A stretch of 64,000 nt of DNA from assembly GCA_039923855.1 (NCBI GenBank), contig JBDTBW010000014.1, positions 15,522 through 79,521 on the forward strand. The letters are read 5' to 3'. How positions within the stretch are numbered: position 1 is the first letter of the stretch; every line of letters begins with the position of its first letter. Both the position numbers and the translations under genes were made by a program. Shown one piece after another: positions 9,674-18,103 of this stretch. The DNA is from Rhodanobacteraceae bacterium. Lineage in GTDB: Bacteria; Pseudomonadota; Gammaproteobacteria; Xanthomonadales; Rhodanobacteraceae. The notes beneath the pieces were generated by a model. It did no database searches. It was not told where the DNA came from and saw only the letters and a program-made list of their open reading frames with translations.

Positions 9674-10846
9674 TCAGTTTGATGATCCAGGTGCGCCTCG
9701 ATGGAGCGCAATCTGCCGCATATCATGAGCCATATCGACTAGGCTGTCAGCCAGCGAAGACCACGTGAATCGGGTCTTGTAAGCGCGTATGTAGACGTGC
9801 ATCTGGCCGAGTTCTTCTCTGCTCGTCGAGCGCAATCGCGCGGCCAGTTGTCCCGCTGAATCCGGATCGATCAGAAAACCGGTGCGCCCGTCTTCGATCA
9901 CATCGGGCAAACCGCCCACGCGCGTTGCCAGTAGCGGCCGATCATAATGATAAGCGACCGCCGCGACCGCACTGCCCGTGGCGGAACGATAGGGCAGCAC
10001 GACCAGATCCGCGCGTGCGAAAAAATTCGCCGCGTCGGTGGCCTCCACGTAATCCAGATGCAGTTCGACATTCGGCGCGCCGGTCGCACGTATGCGGTTG
10101 CGAAGCTCTTTGGGCGCACACCATGGTTCGCCGACCACCGTGAGATAAACCTCACGGTCGTTGAGTCTGGCGAGCGCGTCCGCCAGCACGTCGAGCCCCT
10201 TGTAGGGGCGGATGAATCCGAAGAACAAAAGCTCGAGGCGGCCACGCTTGGGCAGCAGCTTCGACGCATCGGGAAACCGGTCATGGGTTGGGTGCGGATG
10301 CGTCAGCACCGGTTTGTCCGGAAACAGGTTGCGTAGTTGGATGGCCTGATCTTGGCTGTGAACCAGATAGGCATTGGCCTGTGATAGAAGTTTTGTGCTG
10401 AGGGCGCGCTTGATCGCGCCGCTGTCGTGATCGAACAGGTTGTGGCAGATAAAAACGACGGGCACGCCACGCCTGCGCAACATTTGCGCGATCAGGGCGA
10501 AACCCGGCGCCCAGAACAGCGTCCACCAGTCGATCACGGCGAGGTCGCAACCTCGGGCGGCAATCGAACGCGCCGTTGCGGCCCATGTCGACGGATTCAA
10601 CGCATCGAGGATGTAATCGACGCCGTGTTCCACATGACCTTCCATGCCGGGTTCACGATCGCTTTTGCCGGGATAAAGCCATGCCGGATACTGTCGCCGG
10701 AACGACAGCGTTTGCAAATCGCAGCGCGTGGACAGTGCGCGATGGAGTTCGGTGGTGTATTGGGCGATCCCGCCACGAAAGGGCTTGACCGGCCCGACAA
10801 GGGCCAACCTGCAATCGGGATGTAGGCTTTGAGGGTTCGCTTTCAA
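9674..10846 (-). CDS. Family-4 (GT-B) glycosyltransferase
   Basis: C-terminal ADLVVLPYRSATGSAVAAVAYHYDRPLLATRVGGLPDVIEDGRTGFL matches the GT4 EX7E-type region. The annotated start codon is TTG, so the start is uncertain. Confidence 0.8.
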   Translation of the reverse strand: MKANPQSLHPDCRLALVGPVKPFRGGIAQYTTELHRALSTRCDLQTLSFRRQYPAWLYPGKSDREPGMEGHVEHGVDYILDALNPSTWAATARSIAARGCDLAVIDWWTLFWAPGFALIAQMLRRRGVPVVFICHNLFDHDSGAIKRALSTKLLSQANAYLVHSQDQAIQLRNLFPDKPVLTHPHPTHDRFPDASKLLPKRGRLELLFFGFIRPYKGLDVLADALARLNDREVYLTVVGEPWCAPKELRNRIRATGAPNVELHLDYVEATDAANFFARADLVVLPYRSATGSAVAAVAYHYDRPLLATRVGGLPDVIEDGRTGFLIDPDSAGQLAARLRSTSREELGQMHVYIRAYKTRFTWSSLADSLVDMAHDMRQIALHRGAPGSSN

Positions 10847-10903
10847 GTGAGAGTAATTCTCTTGAAGAACGGCGTGCTGATCACACGGCCGATCACATCT
10901 TTT

Positions 10904-11869
10904 TCACGCAAGCGACGAAGGAACGGCTGCGGGAGGCTGCGTTTTTTTCGGCAATAGAATCAGGCCGACGACAAAATTGATGGCATCGCCCAACGTGGTC
11001 GCAAGCCGCAATGCAATGATCAATATGCCCGCAAGCGCCGGGGTATAGATCGGCCCCAGCATCAACAGCAGCAAACCTTCGCGTACGCCAAGACCCGCAG
11101 GGGCGCCCGGTGTGACGAAACCGACCACCCAAGCTAGCGCGAAACTTGCGACCAGCAACCAGTTGTCGTGGGCCTGAGAGGGCAACAGCAGATGCGCCAA
11201 GGCAATGATGCCGATGCCGACCATGCAATACGTTGCGCAGTAGAACAGGAAGGCTCGGATCAGCGTAAGCCGCGGCGGCAACAAGCTGCCCTCCAGCAGA
11301 TGGGCGTGCTGCGGCGTGAAGCGTTGCAGTATGCGGGGCGCAAGGGTACGAAACAGGACCAACCCGATGATGGCTGCCACGAGCACGGCGCAGATCAAGG
11401 CGATTTGTTCATCCTTGCCGCGTGCCAGCGCGAACCCCACGTTCGAAAGAAGACCTGCTCCGATTCCGACCACGAGAGCCGCGCCCATCAGCGACACCAT
11501 TTCGATCACGACGGTTACGCCGAATGCGCGCAAACCGATTCCGCGGGAGAGCGACATCGCTGTCCGTCCGACATATTGGCCGATGTTGCCGGGGAGGTAT
11601 TTTGCGAATTGGGTAATCGCAAGGATCGCGGTCAACTCACGCCAGGATTTGAACACCGCCAAACCACGCAACAGATCGCGCCAAGCCCATGCGATCAGTG
11701 GCAGGCTGAGGCAATAGAAAAGGGCCGCCAATCCAATGCCGGCAAACGCGCGTGGTGTTACATAGGCGGCCAAATCATGGCCGCGGAGTGATCGTGCTAC
11801 ATAGGCAATGAATACAACGGTGACGACAAGGCCCGCGACCAGGCCAATCAAGTGATAGCGGCGTTTCAT
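10904..11869 (-). CDS. UPF0104 / lysylphosphatidylglycerol-synthase-TM-like integral membrane protein (flippase-like)
   Basis: 321 aa with about 8 hydrophobic helices and an ATG start. This family often accompanies glycosyltransferases. Confidence 0.65.
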   Translation of the reverse strand: MKRRYHLIGLVAGLVVTVVFIAYVARSLRGHDLAAYVTPRAFAGIGLAALFYCLSLPLIAWAWRDLLRGLAVFKSWRELTAILAITQFAKYLPGNIGQYVGRTAMSLSRGIGLRAFGVTVVIEMVSLMGAALVVGIGAGLLSNVGFALARGKDEQIALICAVLVAAIIGLVLFRTLAPRILQRFTPQHAHLLEGSLLPPRLTLIRAFLFYCATYCMVGIGIIALAHLLLPSQAHDNWLLVASFALAWVVGFVTPGAPAGLGVREGLLLLMLGPIYTPALAGILIIALRLATTLGDAINFVVGLILLPKKTQPPAAVPSSLA

Positions 11870-11881
11870 GGGATCAGCGAA

Positions 11882-12301
11882 TCATCGTAGCAATTGCACG
11901 CCGGCGCGCTTGGCAGCTTGGCGCAATTTATCGTTCAGCGTGGCTAGCGGCAGGCTTGAACGGAGCGCCAGTTCAAGATAGGCCGCATCGTAGGATGACA
12001 ACCGATAACGTCGAGCAAGCTGCAATGTGCCAACAAGCGATTGCGCAAACGTCGCGGTATCGGCTTCGATGCGTAGCCGATGCAGCAATGCGAGAAAGGA
12101 GGCGCTGCGGGCTTCGCTGATCAATCCGCGGTCTTCGGCGCGCGCCAGTACATTGGCGACCTCAAGACCCCAGATGACCGGCACCACTGCAGGGGTCTTG
12201 GCGAGAGCATCGAGAACCTTGGCGGCATAGGCGAGTTCGGTTGTCTTGCCGTCGCCGAAGCACCAGCGCATCGTCACCGAGTTGTCCAGGACCAGACTCA
12301 A
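11882..12301 (-). CDS. vapC: Type II toxin, PIN-domain VapC
   Basis: N-terminal LVLDNSV acidic motif and C-terminal SSYDAAYLELA motif. The TTG start overlaps the antitoxin stop (TTGA). Confidence 0.8.
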   Translation of the reverse strand: MSLVLDNSVTMRWCFGDGKTTELAYAAKVLDALAKTPAVVPVIWGLEVANVLARAEDRGLISEARSASFLALLHRLRIEADTATFAQSLVGTLQLARRYRLSSYDAAYLELALRSSLPLATLNDKLRQAAKRAGVQLLR

Positions 12302-12540
12302 GCGCGGCCTTCTTCGAGCAACGCCCTGATATCGACGCCCTTGACCGGATCCGTGCGCATGAAGGTTTTCATTGCCAGCGCAGCGCGCTCGGCATCCGCG
12401 GTCTTTTCCGGGTGAGCGGGCACCAGTTTGGCGACCGCCTCGCCGCGGTTGGTAATGGTGAAGACGGTGCCATTCCGGACTGCCCGCAACAACTCAGGCA
12501 GTCTGGTTTTCGCTTCGTAGGAGCCGATTTCCGTTTTCAT
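12298..12540 (-). CDS. Type II antitoxin, Phd/YefM-type
   Basis: MKTEIGSYEAKTRLPELLRAVRNGTVFTITNRGEAVAKLVP is a typical Phd/YefM N-terminus. Start taken at the ATG at 12540. Confidence 0.8.
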   Translation of the reverse strand: MKTEIGSYEAKTRLPELLRAVRNGTVFTITNRGEAVAKLVPAHPEKTADAERAALAMKTFMRTDPVKGVDIRALLEEGRA

Positions 12541-12685
12541 GCGGGATGATCCCGTTGTGGTCAATGCAGACTAGCATACAGACCAGTCCTGTGCATCGCT
12601 GATACGCTCCCTGCCGCGCGGACAGATCATTCGAGGGTTAGACACGGTTCGCGGAGAGTGGCTCCATGCGCATCCGCCGCCAGAT

Positions 12686-13630
12686 TCAGAGCGCTGCTTC
12701 CAACTCCGGCACGATCTTGAAGAGATCCCCGACCAGGCCGTAGTCGGCGATCTCGAAGATCGGAGCATCGGCGTCCTTGTTGATCGCGACGATGGTGCCG
12801 GCGTCCTTGATGCCGGTGAGGTGCTGGATCGCGCCGGAAATCCCAATCGCCATGTAGAGTTCCGGCGCGATGATCTTGCCGGTCTGGCCGACTTGCATGT
12901 CGTTGGGGCAATAGCCGGCGTCGACCGCCGCGCGCGAGGCGCCGACCGCGGCGCGCAACTTGTCGGCGAGTTTGTAGATGATCGCGAAGTTTTCCTCGGA
13001 ACCCACGCCGCGGCCGCCCGATACCACGCGCTGGGCGCTTTGCAGATCGGGTCTGTCGCTGGCTGCCTGCTTCAATTCGACAAAGCGCGTGTGCGTCGGC
13101 AATTCGACATCGAGTTGCAGGGCTTCGATCGGCGCGGCATTCGATGCTTCGCCTGATTGCGGCCACGAAGCGGTGCGCACGGTGCCGATCACGATCGTAT
13201 CGTCGGGTACCTCGACATCGACGATCGCGTTGCCGGCGTACACCGGCCGCTTGAAGGTGTGCGCGCCGTCCACCGCCATGATGTCGCTGACCTGGCCGAC
13301 GCCCAGCAGTGCAGCGACGCGCGGCGCGACATCTTTGCCGAAGGTGGTCGCCGGTGCGAGCACATGGGTGTAGCCATTGTTCGCGATGGACGCTATCTGT
13401 GGCGCCAGAATCGCCGCCAGCGGGTGCGCGTTCTCGGCGCGCGTGACGGTCAGCACTTTGGTGACGCCGTCGAGTTTCGCTGCTTGCGCTGCGATCGCAT
13501 CGGGCGCATCGGAAAGCACAAGCACGTCTATCGTGGCGGTCTTGATTTCGCGCGCGCAGCTCACGCAACGCGCGGTCGTGGCGTTGAGTTGGCCGTCCAG
13601 GTGTTCGGCGATGATCAGGATTTTGCTCAT
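12686..13630 (-). CDS. etfA: Electron transfer flavoprotein alpha subunit
   Basis: [37 protein letters not shown] signature; 314 aa. Confidence 0.95.
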   Translation of the reverse strand: MSKILIIAEHLDGQLNATTARCVSCAREIKTATIDVLVLSDAPDAIAAQAAKLDGVTKVLTVTRAENAHPLAAILAPQIASIANNGYTHVLAPATTFGKDVAPRVAALLGVGQVSDIMAVDGAHTFKRPVYAGNAIVDVEVPDDTIVIGTVRTASWPQSGEASNAAPIEALQLDVELPTHTRFVELKQAASDRPDLQSAQRVVSGGRGVGSEENFAIIYKLADKLRAAVGASRAAVDAGYCPNDMQVGQTGKIIAPELYMAIGISGAIQHLTGIKDAGTIVAINKDADAPIFEIADYGLVGDLFKIVPELEAAL

Positions 13631-13656
13631 GTGAACTCCAACCTATCCTGCTTGAA

Positions 13657-13782
13657 TCCCTCATCCCTTTGGGAGAGGGTGCCCGTAGGGCGGTGAGGGT
13701 GCGAATCTTGCGAGACATGGCAGCGATCCGGACCCTCATCCGGCGCTGCGCGCCACCTTCTCCCGGAGGGAGAAGGGTTCAC
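13657..13782. repeat. REP-like composite palindromic element between etfB and etfA
   Basis: CCCTTTGGGAGAGGGTGCCCGTAGGGCGGTGAGGGT ... GACCCTCATCC...CCTTCTCCCGGAGGGAGAAGGG. Same architecture as 56046-56165. Confidence 0.8.
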
Positions 13783-14540
13783 AGCAAGCCTTTCTGCTTC
13801 AGCGCAGCCACCAGTTCGCCGGCATCTTTCACCATCACCCCGCGCGAACGCTGCGGGGGCGGCGCGTAATGGGTGGTCTTGATCTCGCCGCCGTGCTCGA
13901 TGCCCAGCGAGGATAACTCGATCGTCTCGATCGGTTTGCTTTTGGCTTTCATGATGTCTGGCAGCTTGATGAAGCGCGGCTCGTTCAAGCGCAAGTCGGT
14001 CGTCACCACCGCGGGCAGATCGACCTCGATGGTTTCCAGACCCGCATCGACCTCGCGCGTCACGCGCGCGGTGTCGCCCTTCCCGCCGTTGGAAATTATG
14101 TCCAGTTTTGACGCGAACGTCGCCTGCGGGCGGTTCCACAACGCGGCCAGCATCTGTCCGGTCTGGTTGCAGTCGTCGTCGATCGCCTGTTTGCCGAGGA
14201 TCACCAAACCCGGTTGTTCGCGCTCGACCAATTTCAGGAACGTGCGCGCGACGCTGAGTGGCTGCACCGGATCGTTGGTGACGACATGGATCGCGCGATC
14301 GGCGCCCATCGCCAGGCCGTTGCGTTGGTGCGATCCGGCGTCGGGCGGCCCGATCATTGCGATGATGATTTCCTTGGCGATGCCTTTTTCGCGCAGTCGC
14401 AGCGCTTCTTCCAGCGCGATGTCGTCGAACGGATTTGCGGAAAGTTTGACGCCATCGGTGACCACGCCGGAGCCGTCGGGCTTCACCTGGATGCGCACGT
14501 TGTAATCCACCACGCGTTTGTAGCCGACCAGAATCTTCAT
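13779..14540 (-). CDS. etfB: Electron transfer flavoprotein beta subunit
   Basis: MKILVGYKRVVDYNVRIQVKPDGSGV N-terminus from the ATG at 14540. The ORF-track extension to 14720 is upstream read-through. Confidence 0.95.
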   Translation of the reverse strand: MKILVGYKRVVDYNVRIQVKPDGSGVVTDGVKLSANPFDDIALEEALRLREKGIAKEIIIAMIGPPDAGSHQRNGLAMGADRAIHVVTNDPVQPLSVARTFLKLVEREQPGLVILGKQAIDDDCNQTGQMLAALWNRPQATFASKLDIISNGGKGDTARVTREVDAGLETIEVDLPAVVTTDLRLNEPRFIKLPDIMKAKSKPIETIELSSLGIEHGGEIKTTHYAPPPQRSRGVMVKDAGELVAALKQKGLL

Positions 14541-14762
14541 GGAGTCTTCCGGGCAAACGAATACCAACCTCCATTCTAACCCACGCGGGCTTTCCTTCTC
14601 CGCTGGCGGGATCGGCGCAAGACGGACCGTCACGACAAAGCGGCGACTCAACATGCGCGTCATCCCGGCGCAGGCCATGATCCAGCGGCCTATCCGTCCA
14701 TGGCTCTGGATTCCGGCCAATCCATGGCTGGAATGTCGAGGAGAAATGCGCGTTGCTAGTCG

Positions 14763-15734
14763 TCAAACTTGGCTATTCAACCGCCGCAAGATCGCCGCGG
14801 CAAAACGCGCCGCGGCCGGCTTGTCATGCGCGAGAAACACCGATGGCTCGGTCAATTCCAATTCCAGCAGACGTGGCGCGCCATCGTCCTCCCGGATCAG
14901 ATCGATGCGCGCATAAAGCAACGGTTTTTCGAATGGCATCGCTTCCAATGCGCGTTGCGCGACTTCCAATTCTTGTTCGGACGGCGGGCGCGGCGTGATG
15001 TGTTCGGCGGCGAACAGAGCGCGGGTCGAACCTTCGCCGCGTTTCAATAACGGGCCCTTGCGGATCGCGTGCGAAAAAACCCCATCGAAAAACAGCAGCG
15101 CGGTTTCGCCGTGCTCGTCCACACTGTGCAGGTAAGGTTGCAGCAGCACGCTGCGGTTTGCATCGAGCAGGCGTTGCACATGCGCGATCGCATCGTCGCG
15201 TTGCGTGCTCGTATAGCGCTGCGCATCGCGGGAGCCCGCGCCGATCGCCGGCTTGACCACGAAATCACCAGCGCCTTCCATCGCGCAGAGAACTCCCGCC
15301 CCCAGCGGGGGAGGGTTGGGGAGGGGGATGCCGTTGTCGAGAAAACGAACCAGCGCGCTCTGCGCGTTCTCGCCCGGTTCGATAAATGCGCTGGGCACCG
15401 TCGGCACACCGGCTTGCGCCAACTCGCGCAGATAATGCTTGTCGGTGTTCCAGCGGATCACGTTCAACGGATTCAGCAGTTTCGTTTGCACCGCGACGCG
15501 TGGCGCCCATGACAGAAACTCCGGCAGACGCTCCGCGTAATCCCAGGTCGAACGCGGCAGCGCCAAATCGAAGCGCGACCAATCGACTTCCATATCGTCC
15601 CAGTCCACCACGGAAACCTTCGCGCCGGCCGTGCTCAGCGCCGCGTCGAGCGGGGCAAGATCTTCGTCCAGGTCGCGCGCGGCTCGCGCGGTGACGAGAG
15701 CGACGTGGAGCAGACGTTTCGTTTTGGCATCCAT
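14763..15734 (-). CDS. ATP-grasp domain protein (RimK/glutathione-synthetase-like ligase), function unknown
   Basis: FVVKPAIGAGSRD, LLQPYL and ARIDLIREDDGAPRLLELELTEPS are ATP-grasp core motifs. The ATG shares one base with the parE stop (TAATG). Confidence 0.7.
   Translation of the reverse strand: MDAKTKRLLHVALVTARAARDLDEDLAPLDAALSTAGAKVSVVDWDDMEVDWSRFDLALPRSTWDYAERLPEFLSWAPRVAVQTKLLNPLNVIRWNTDKHYLRELAQAGVPTVPSAFIEPGENAQSALVRFLDNGIPLPNPPPLGAGVLCAMEGAGDFVVKPAIGAGSRDAQRYTSTQRDDAIAHVQRLLDANRSVLLQPYLHSVDEHGETALLFFDGVFSHAIRKGPLLKRGEGSTRALFAAEHITPRPPSEQELEVAQRALEAMPFEKPLLYARIDLIREDDGAPRLLELELTEPSVFLAHDKPAAARFAAAILRRLNSQV
15293..15332. repeat. REP-like unit embedded in-frame inside the ATP-grasp CDS
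   Basis: CTCCCGCCCCCAGCGGGGGAGGGTTGGGGAGGGGGATGCC closely matches the intergenic units at 6504-6535 and 26170-26205. It is translated as ...IPLPNPPPLGAGV... Confidence 0.7.
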
Positions 15735-16027
15735 TATCGCGCGTAACCTGCTTCGCGCTGGCCGCGAATGGCAAGCACCAGCACCGTATCGAGTTCCGGA
15801 AGATAGCGATACAAGGAGATGTAGCCGCGTGCATCGCGCCCGATGATCAACTCGCGTATCTCGCGGACCGTCGGCCGGCCGATCAGCGGGTTGCGTTCCA
15901 GGATGTCAATGGCTGCGATGATCGCGCGCAACCGGGCGCCGATGTTCCTGGCTTCGTGTCGTTCAAGATGATCGATAATGCGGTCGAAATCTTCAATGAT
16001 TTCGGGCGCCAACTCGATCCGCGCCAT
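15734..16027 (-). CDS. parE: Type II toxin, RelE/ParE family
   Basis: 97 aa; ...RELIIGRDARGYISLYRYLPELDTVLVLAIRGQREAGY is a typical ParE C-terminus. Confidence 0.8.
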   Translation of the reverse strand: MARIELAPEIIEDFDRIIDHLERHEARNIGARLRAIIAAIDILERNPLIGRPTVREIRELIIGRDARGYISLYRYLPELDTVLVLAIRGQREAGYAR

Positions 16028-16028
16028 G

Positions 16029-16322
16029 TCAGAACTTGCCCGCGGCCATTTTCCTCGCAGCCGGACGCCGGGCGCGCTTGCCGGTCATGCGCTTCTCCAG
16101 GTAGCCGCGCAATTCCGGCCACGCGATCGTTCTGCCGGATGCCGCGATACCGGCATAACGCTGTTCCGCAGCCGCATCGAAATCGGCCCGCCGCTCCTGG
16201 GCTTCGGTTCGCTCGGCGATGGCATCGAGGATGAAGCCGTGCGGGCTGATCCCCGCGCGTTTGGCCGCGCGTGCGACGCGGACTTTCAAATCGTCCGTCA
16301 GACGGATCGTGGTGGTCGGCAT
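16029..16322 (-). CDS. Ribbon-helix-helix (CopG/ParD-like) antitoxin
   Basis: MPTTTIRLTDDLKVRVARAAKRAGISPHGFILDAI is an RHH N-terminus. There is a 1-nt gap to parE. Start taken at the ATG at 16322. Confidence 0.75.
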   Translation of the reverse strand: MPTTTIRLTDDLKVRVARAAKRAGISPHGFILDAIAERTEAQERRADFDAAAEQRYAGIAASGRTIAWPELRGYLEKRMTGKRARRPAARKMAAGKF

Positions 16323-16423
16323 GGCTAGCCCTCGAAGTCTCCGAATCATGGTAGCACAAACGTGCTACATGCATACCGTCTCGCGGATCCTGGTAATTCA
16401 GCTTGTTGGCGGCCTCCGGCGCA

Positions 16424-16987
16424 TCAGTAGACGCCAGGAACCAAACGCTTCGTACGGCGACAATAGCCCGCATACCGCTCACCCAGCGCCGCGTGCAGTG
16501 CCGCTTCCTCCTCGTGGATGCGGAACAGGTAAACGATCAGCGCCAGCAGCATGATGACGAGCAGGCTTAGCCAATTGCCCAAGGCCAAACCGAAACCGAA
16601 GAAGGCGATCAGCGCGCCGAGATAACTAGGATGGCGGATGTGCCGATACAGGCCTCGATCCATGACTTCGTGATCGGTCAGCACCGCGACGTTGGGTGTG
16701 TGGAAGCGTCCGAGCTGCGCGATGGCCACGGAGCGGATGGCCATACCAAGTCCCATTACGACAAGACCCGCGATTTGTACCGATGTCCCCGATCGGATCG
16801 CGCCGTAAGGCGTGTAGGCAAGCCAGATGGCGATAACCCAGGCGAGCAGGTTGCCCGCCGCAATGAAGCGCAGCGAAAAACGATCGCGGTTTTCGGCCTT
16901 GCCGCTCATACGGCGAAACACCACGACACCGTCGATTACCAGCCACAACACGAAAAGCGCAATGGCAATAGCACGCAACATAGTCAT
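16424..16987 (-). CDS. Isoprenylcysteine carboxyl methyltransferase (ICMT)/phospholipid methyltransferase-family membrane protein
   Basis: Five hydrophobic helices; RGLYRHIRHPSYLG...IHEEEAAL is the ICMT-family C-terminal motif. Confidence 0.75.
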   Translation of the reverse strand: MTMLRAIAIALFVLWLVIDGVVVFRRMSGKAENRDRFSLRFIAAGNLLAWVIAIWLAYTPYGAIRSGTSVQIAGLVVMGLGMAIRSVAIAQLGRFHTPNVAVLTDHEVMDRGLYRHIRHPSYLGALIAFFGFGLALGNWLSLLVIMLLALIVYLFRIHEEEAALHAALGERYAGYCRRTKRLVPGVY

Positions 16988-17017
16988 GCAAGGCGCCTGC
17001 GTTGAGTGTGCAGACGA

Positions 17018-18070
17018 TTATTCTGACATGGCGATGATCGGCGCGGGAATTTCGCCGGGGTGTCGCCAACGCGTCGGTTCGAACAACAACGCGCCGAGGG
17101 CGTCGTGGATCTGCCGGATCGGCTCGTCCCAGCAATTGGGCGAAGCCATGGTGTTGTTGAGGATATCCATCATCGCGTTGACCTCGAACACCAGCAGCCG
17201 GCCGTCAGGACGCAAATTGCAATCGATCCCGAAATAATCCATATCCACCGCATCGGCGATGGCGTGCAGTCTGTCGCGGAGTTCCGGAAGAATGCCGCCG
17301 CGGAAATCGGCCAGCGTCGCGGTTTCCTCTTGCAGATGTCCAAGCAACCGGTCGTGCACATGCACCAGCCAGCCATCGGCGATCACGAGATGCCGCAGAA
17401 AAACCTCGCCACCAACCACCACTACACGCAATTTGCGGTAATACCCGTCCTGGTCGCGGCACTCAACGTATTGCGTGAGATAGAGATCGTGGCCGCCCCA
17501 CGCCAGGCCGCGTAGCGCGGCCCTGATTTTCCCGGGCTCGTCGATCTTCACGGTGGCGGCGCCACGATGACTGCCGGCGACGCGGACGATCAATGGCCAC
17601 GCCAATCCCGATTCGTCCGCGATGCGATTGAGATCATCCGGTTCGTCGATGCGCACCCGGGCCGTGCGCGGCATGTGCACGCCCGCAAGATTCTTGAGTT
17701 TCGTCGCGATGCCATCGCGTCCCAATCCCAGCACCGCGACCGGATGATTGAAGCAACCCACGTCGGATTCGGCGATGAACTGCTCGAGCATCCGCAACGC
17801 GATGCTCGAGATATCCGGGTGCGCGACCGCGTTGATCAGCGGCAGACCGTGCGCGCCGTTCGGCAGGTGGATCGGCATGTCCGGTCCGAAAAAAATCCGC
17901 AGCAGCCGTTGCTTGAACCTCGGCGCGAGGTTGGTGGCGATGCGACTGTTGCCGAGAAAGTGGTACGCGAGCGGCGCCCCGGCGCCGCGCGAACTGACCG
18001 AGATCAGCCGGTTGTCCGGCACGCCCATCATCAATGGCAGCACGACAGCTTGTTCAGCGGAAACATTCAC
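17018..18070 (-). CDS. Hypothetical ATP-grasp-like ligase
   Basis: LIVRVAGSHRGAATVKI..., YYRKLRVVVVGGEVF, DYFGIDCNLRPDGRLLVFEVNAMM resemble an ATP-grasp C-terminal half. The N-terminal half is unassigned. Confidence 0.5.
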   Translation of the reverse strand: MNVSAEQAVVLPLMMGVPDNRLISVSSRGAGAPLAYHFLGNSRIATNLAPRFKQRLLRIFFGPDMPIHLPNGAHGLPLINAVAHPDISSIALRMLEQFIAESDVGCFNHPVAVLGLGRDGIATKLKNLAGVHMPRTARVRIDEPDDLNRIADESGLAWPLIVRVAGSHRGAATVKIDEPGKIRAALRGLAWGGHDLYLTQYVECRDQDGYYRKLRVVVVGGEVFLRHLVIADGWLVHVHDRLLGHLQEETATLADFRGGILPELRDRLHAIADAVDMDYFGIDCNLRPDGRLLVFEVNAMMDILNNTMASPNCWDEPIRQIHDALGALLFEPTRWRHPGEIPAPIIAMSE

Positions 18071-18103
18071 GGCTGATCGCCCTCGTCGAACGAAATGAGT
18101 CCG

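Noticed and set aside
14763-18070. Graspetide/RiPP cluster idea (ATP-grasp ligases plus a methyltransferase).
   Set aside because: The short gaps (30-74 nt) leave no room for a precursor-peptide ORF. The methyltransferase is a membrane ICMT type rather than a PIMT type. The evidence is insufficient.
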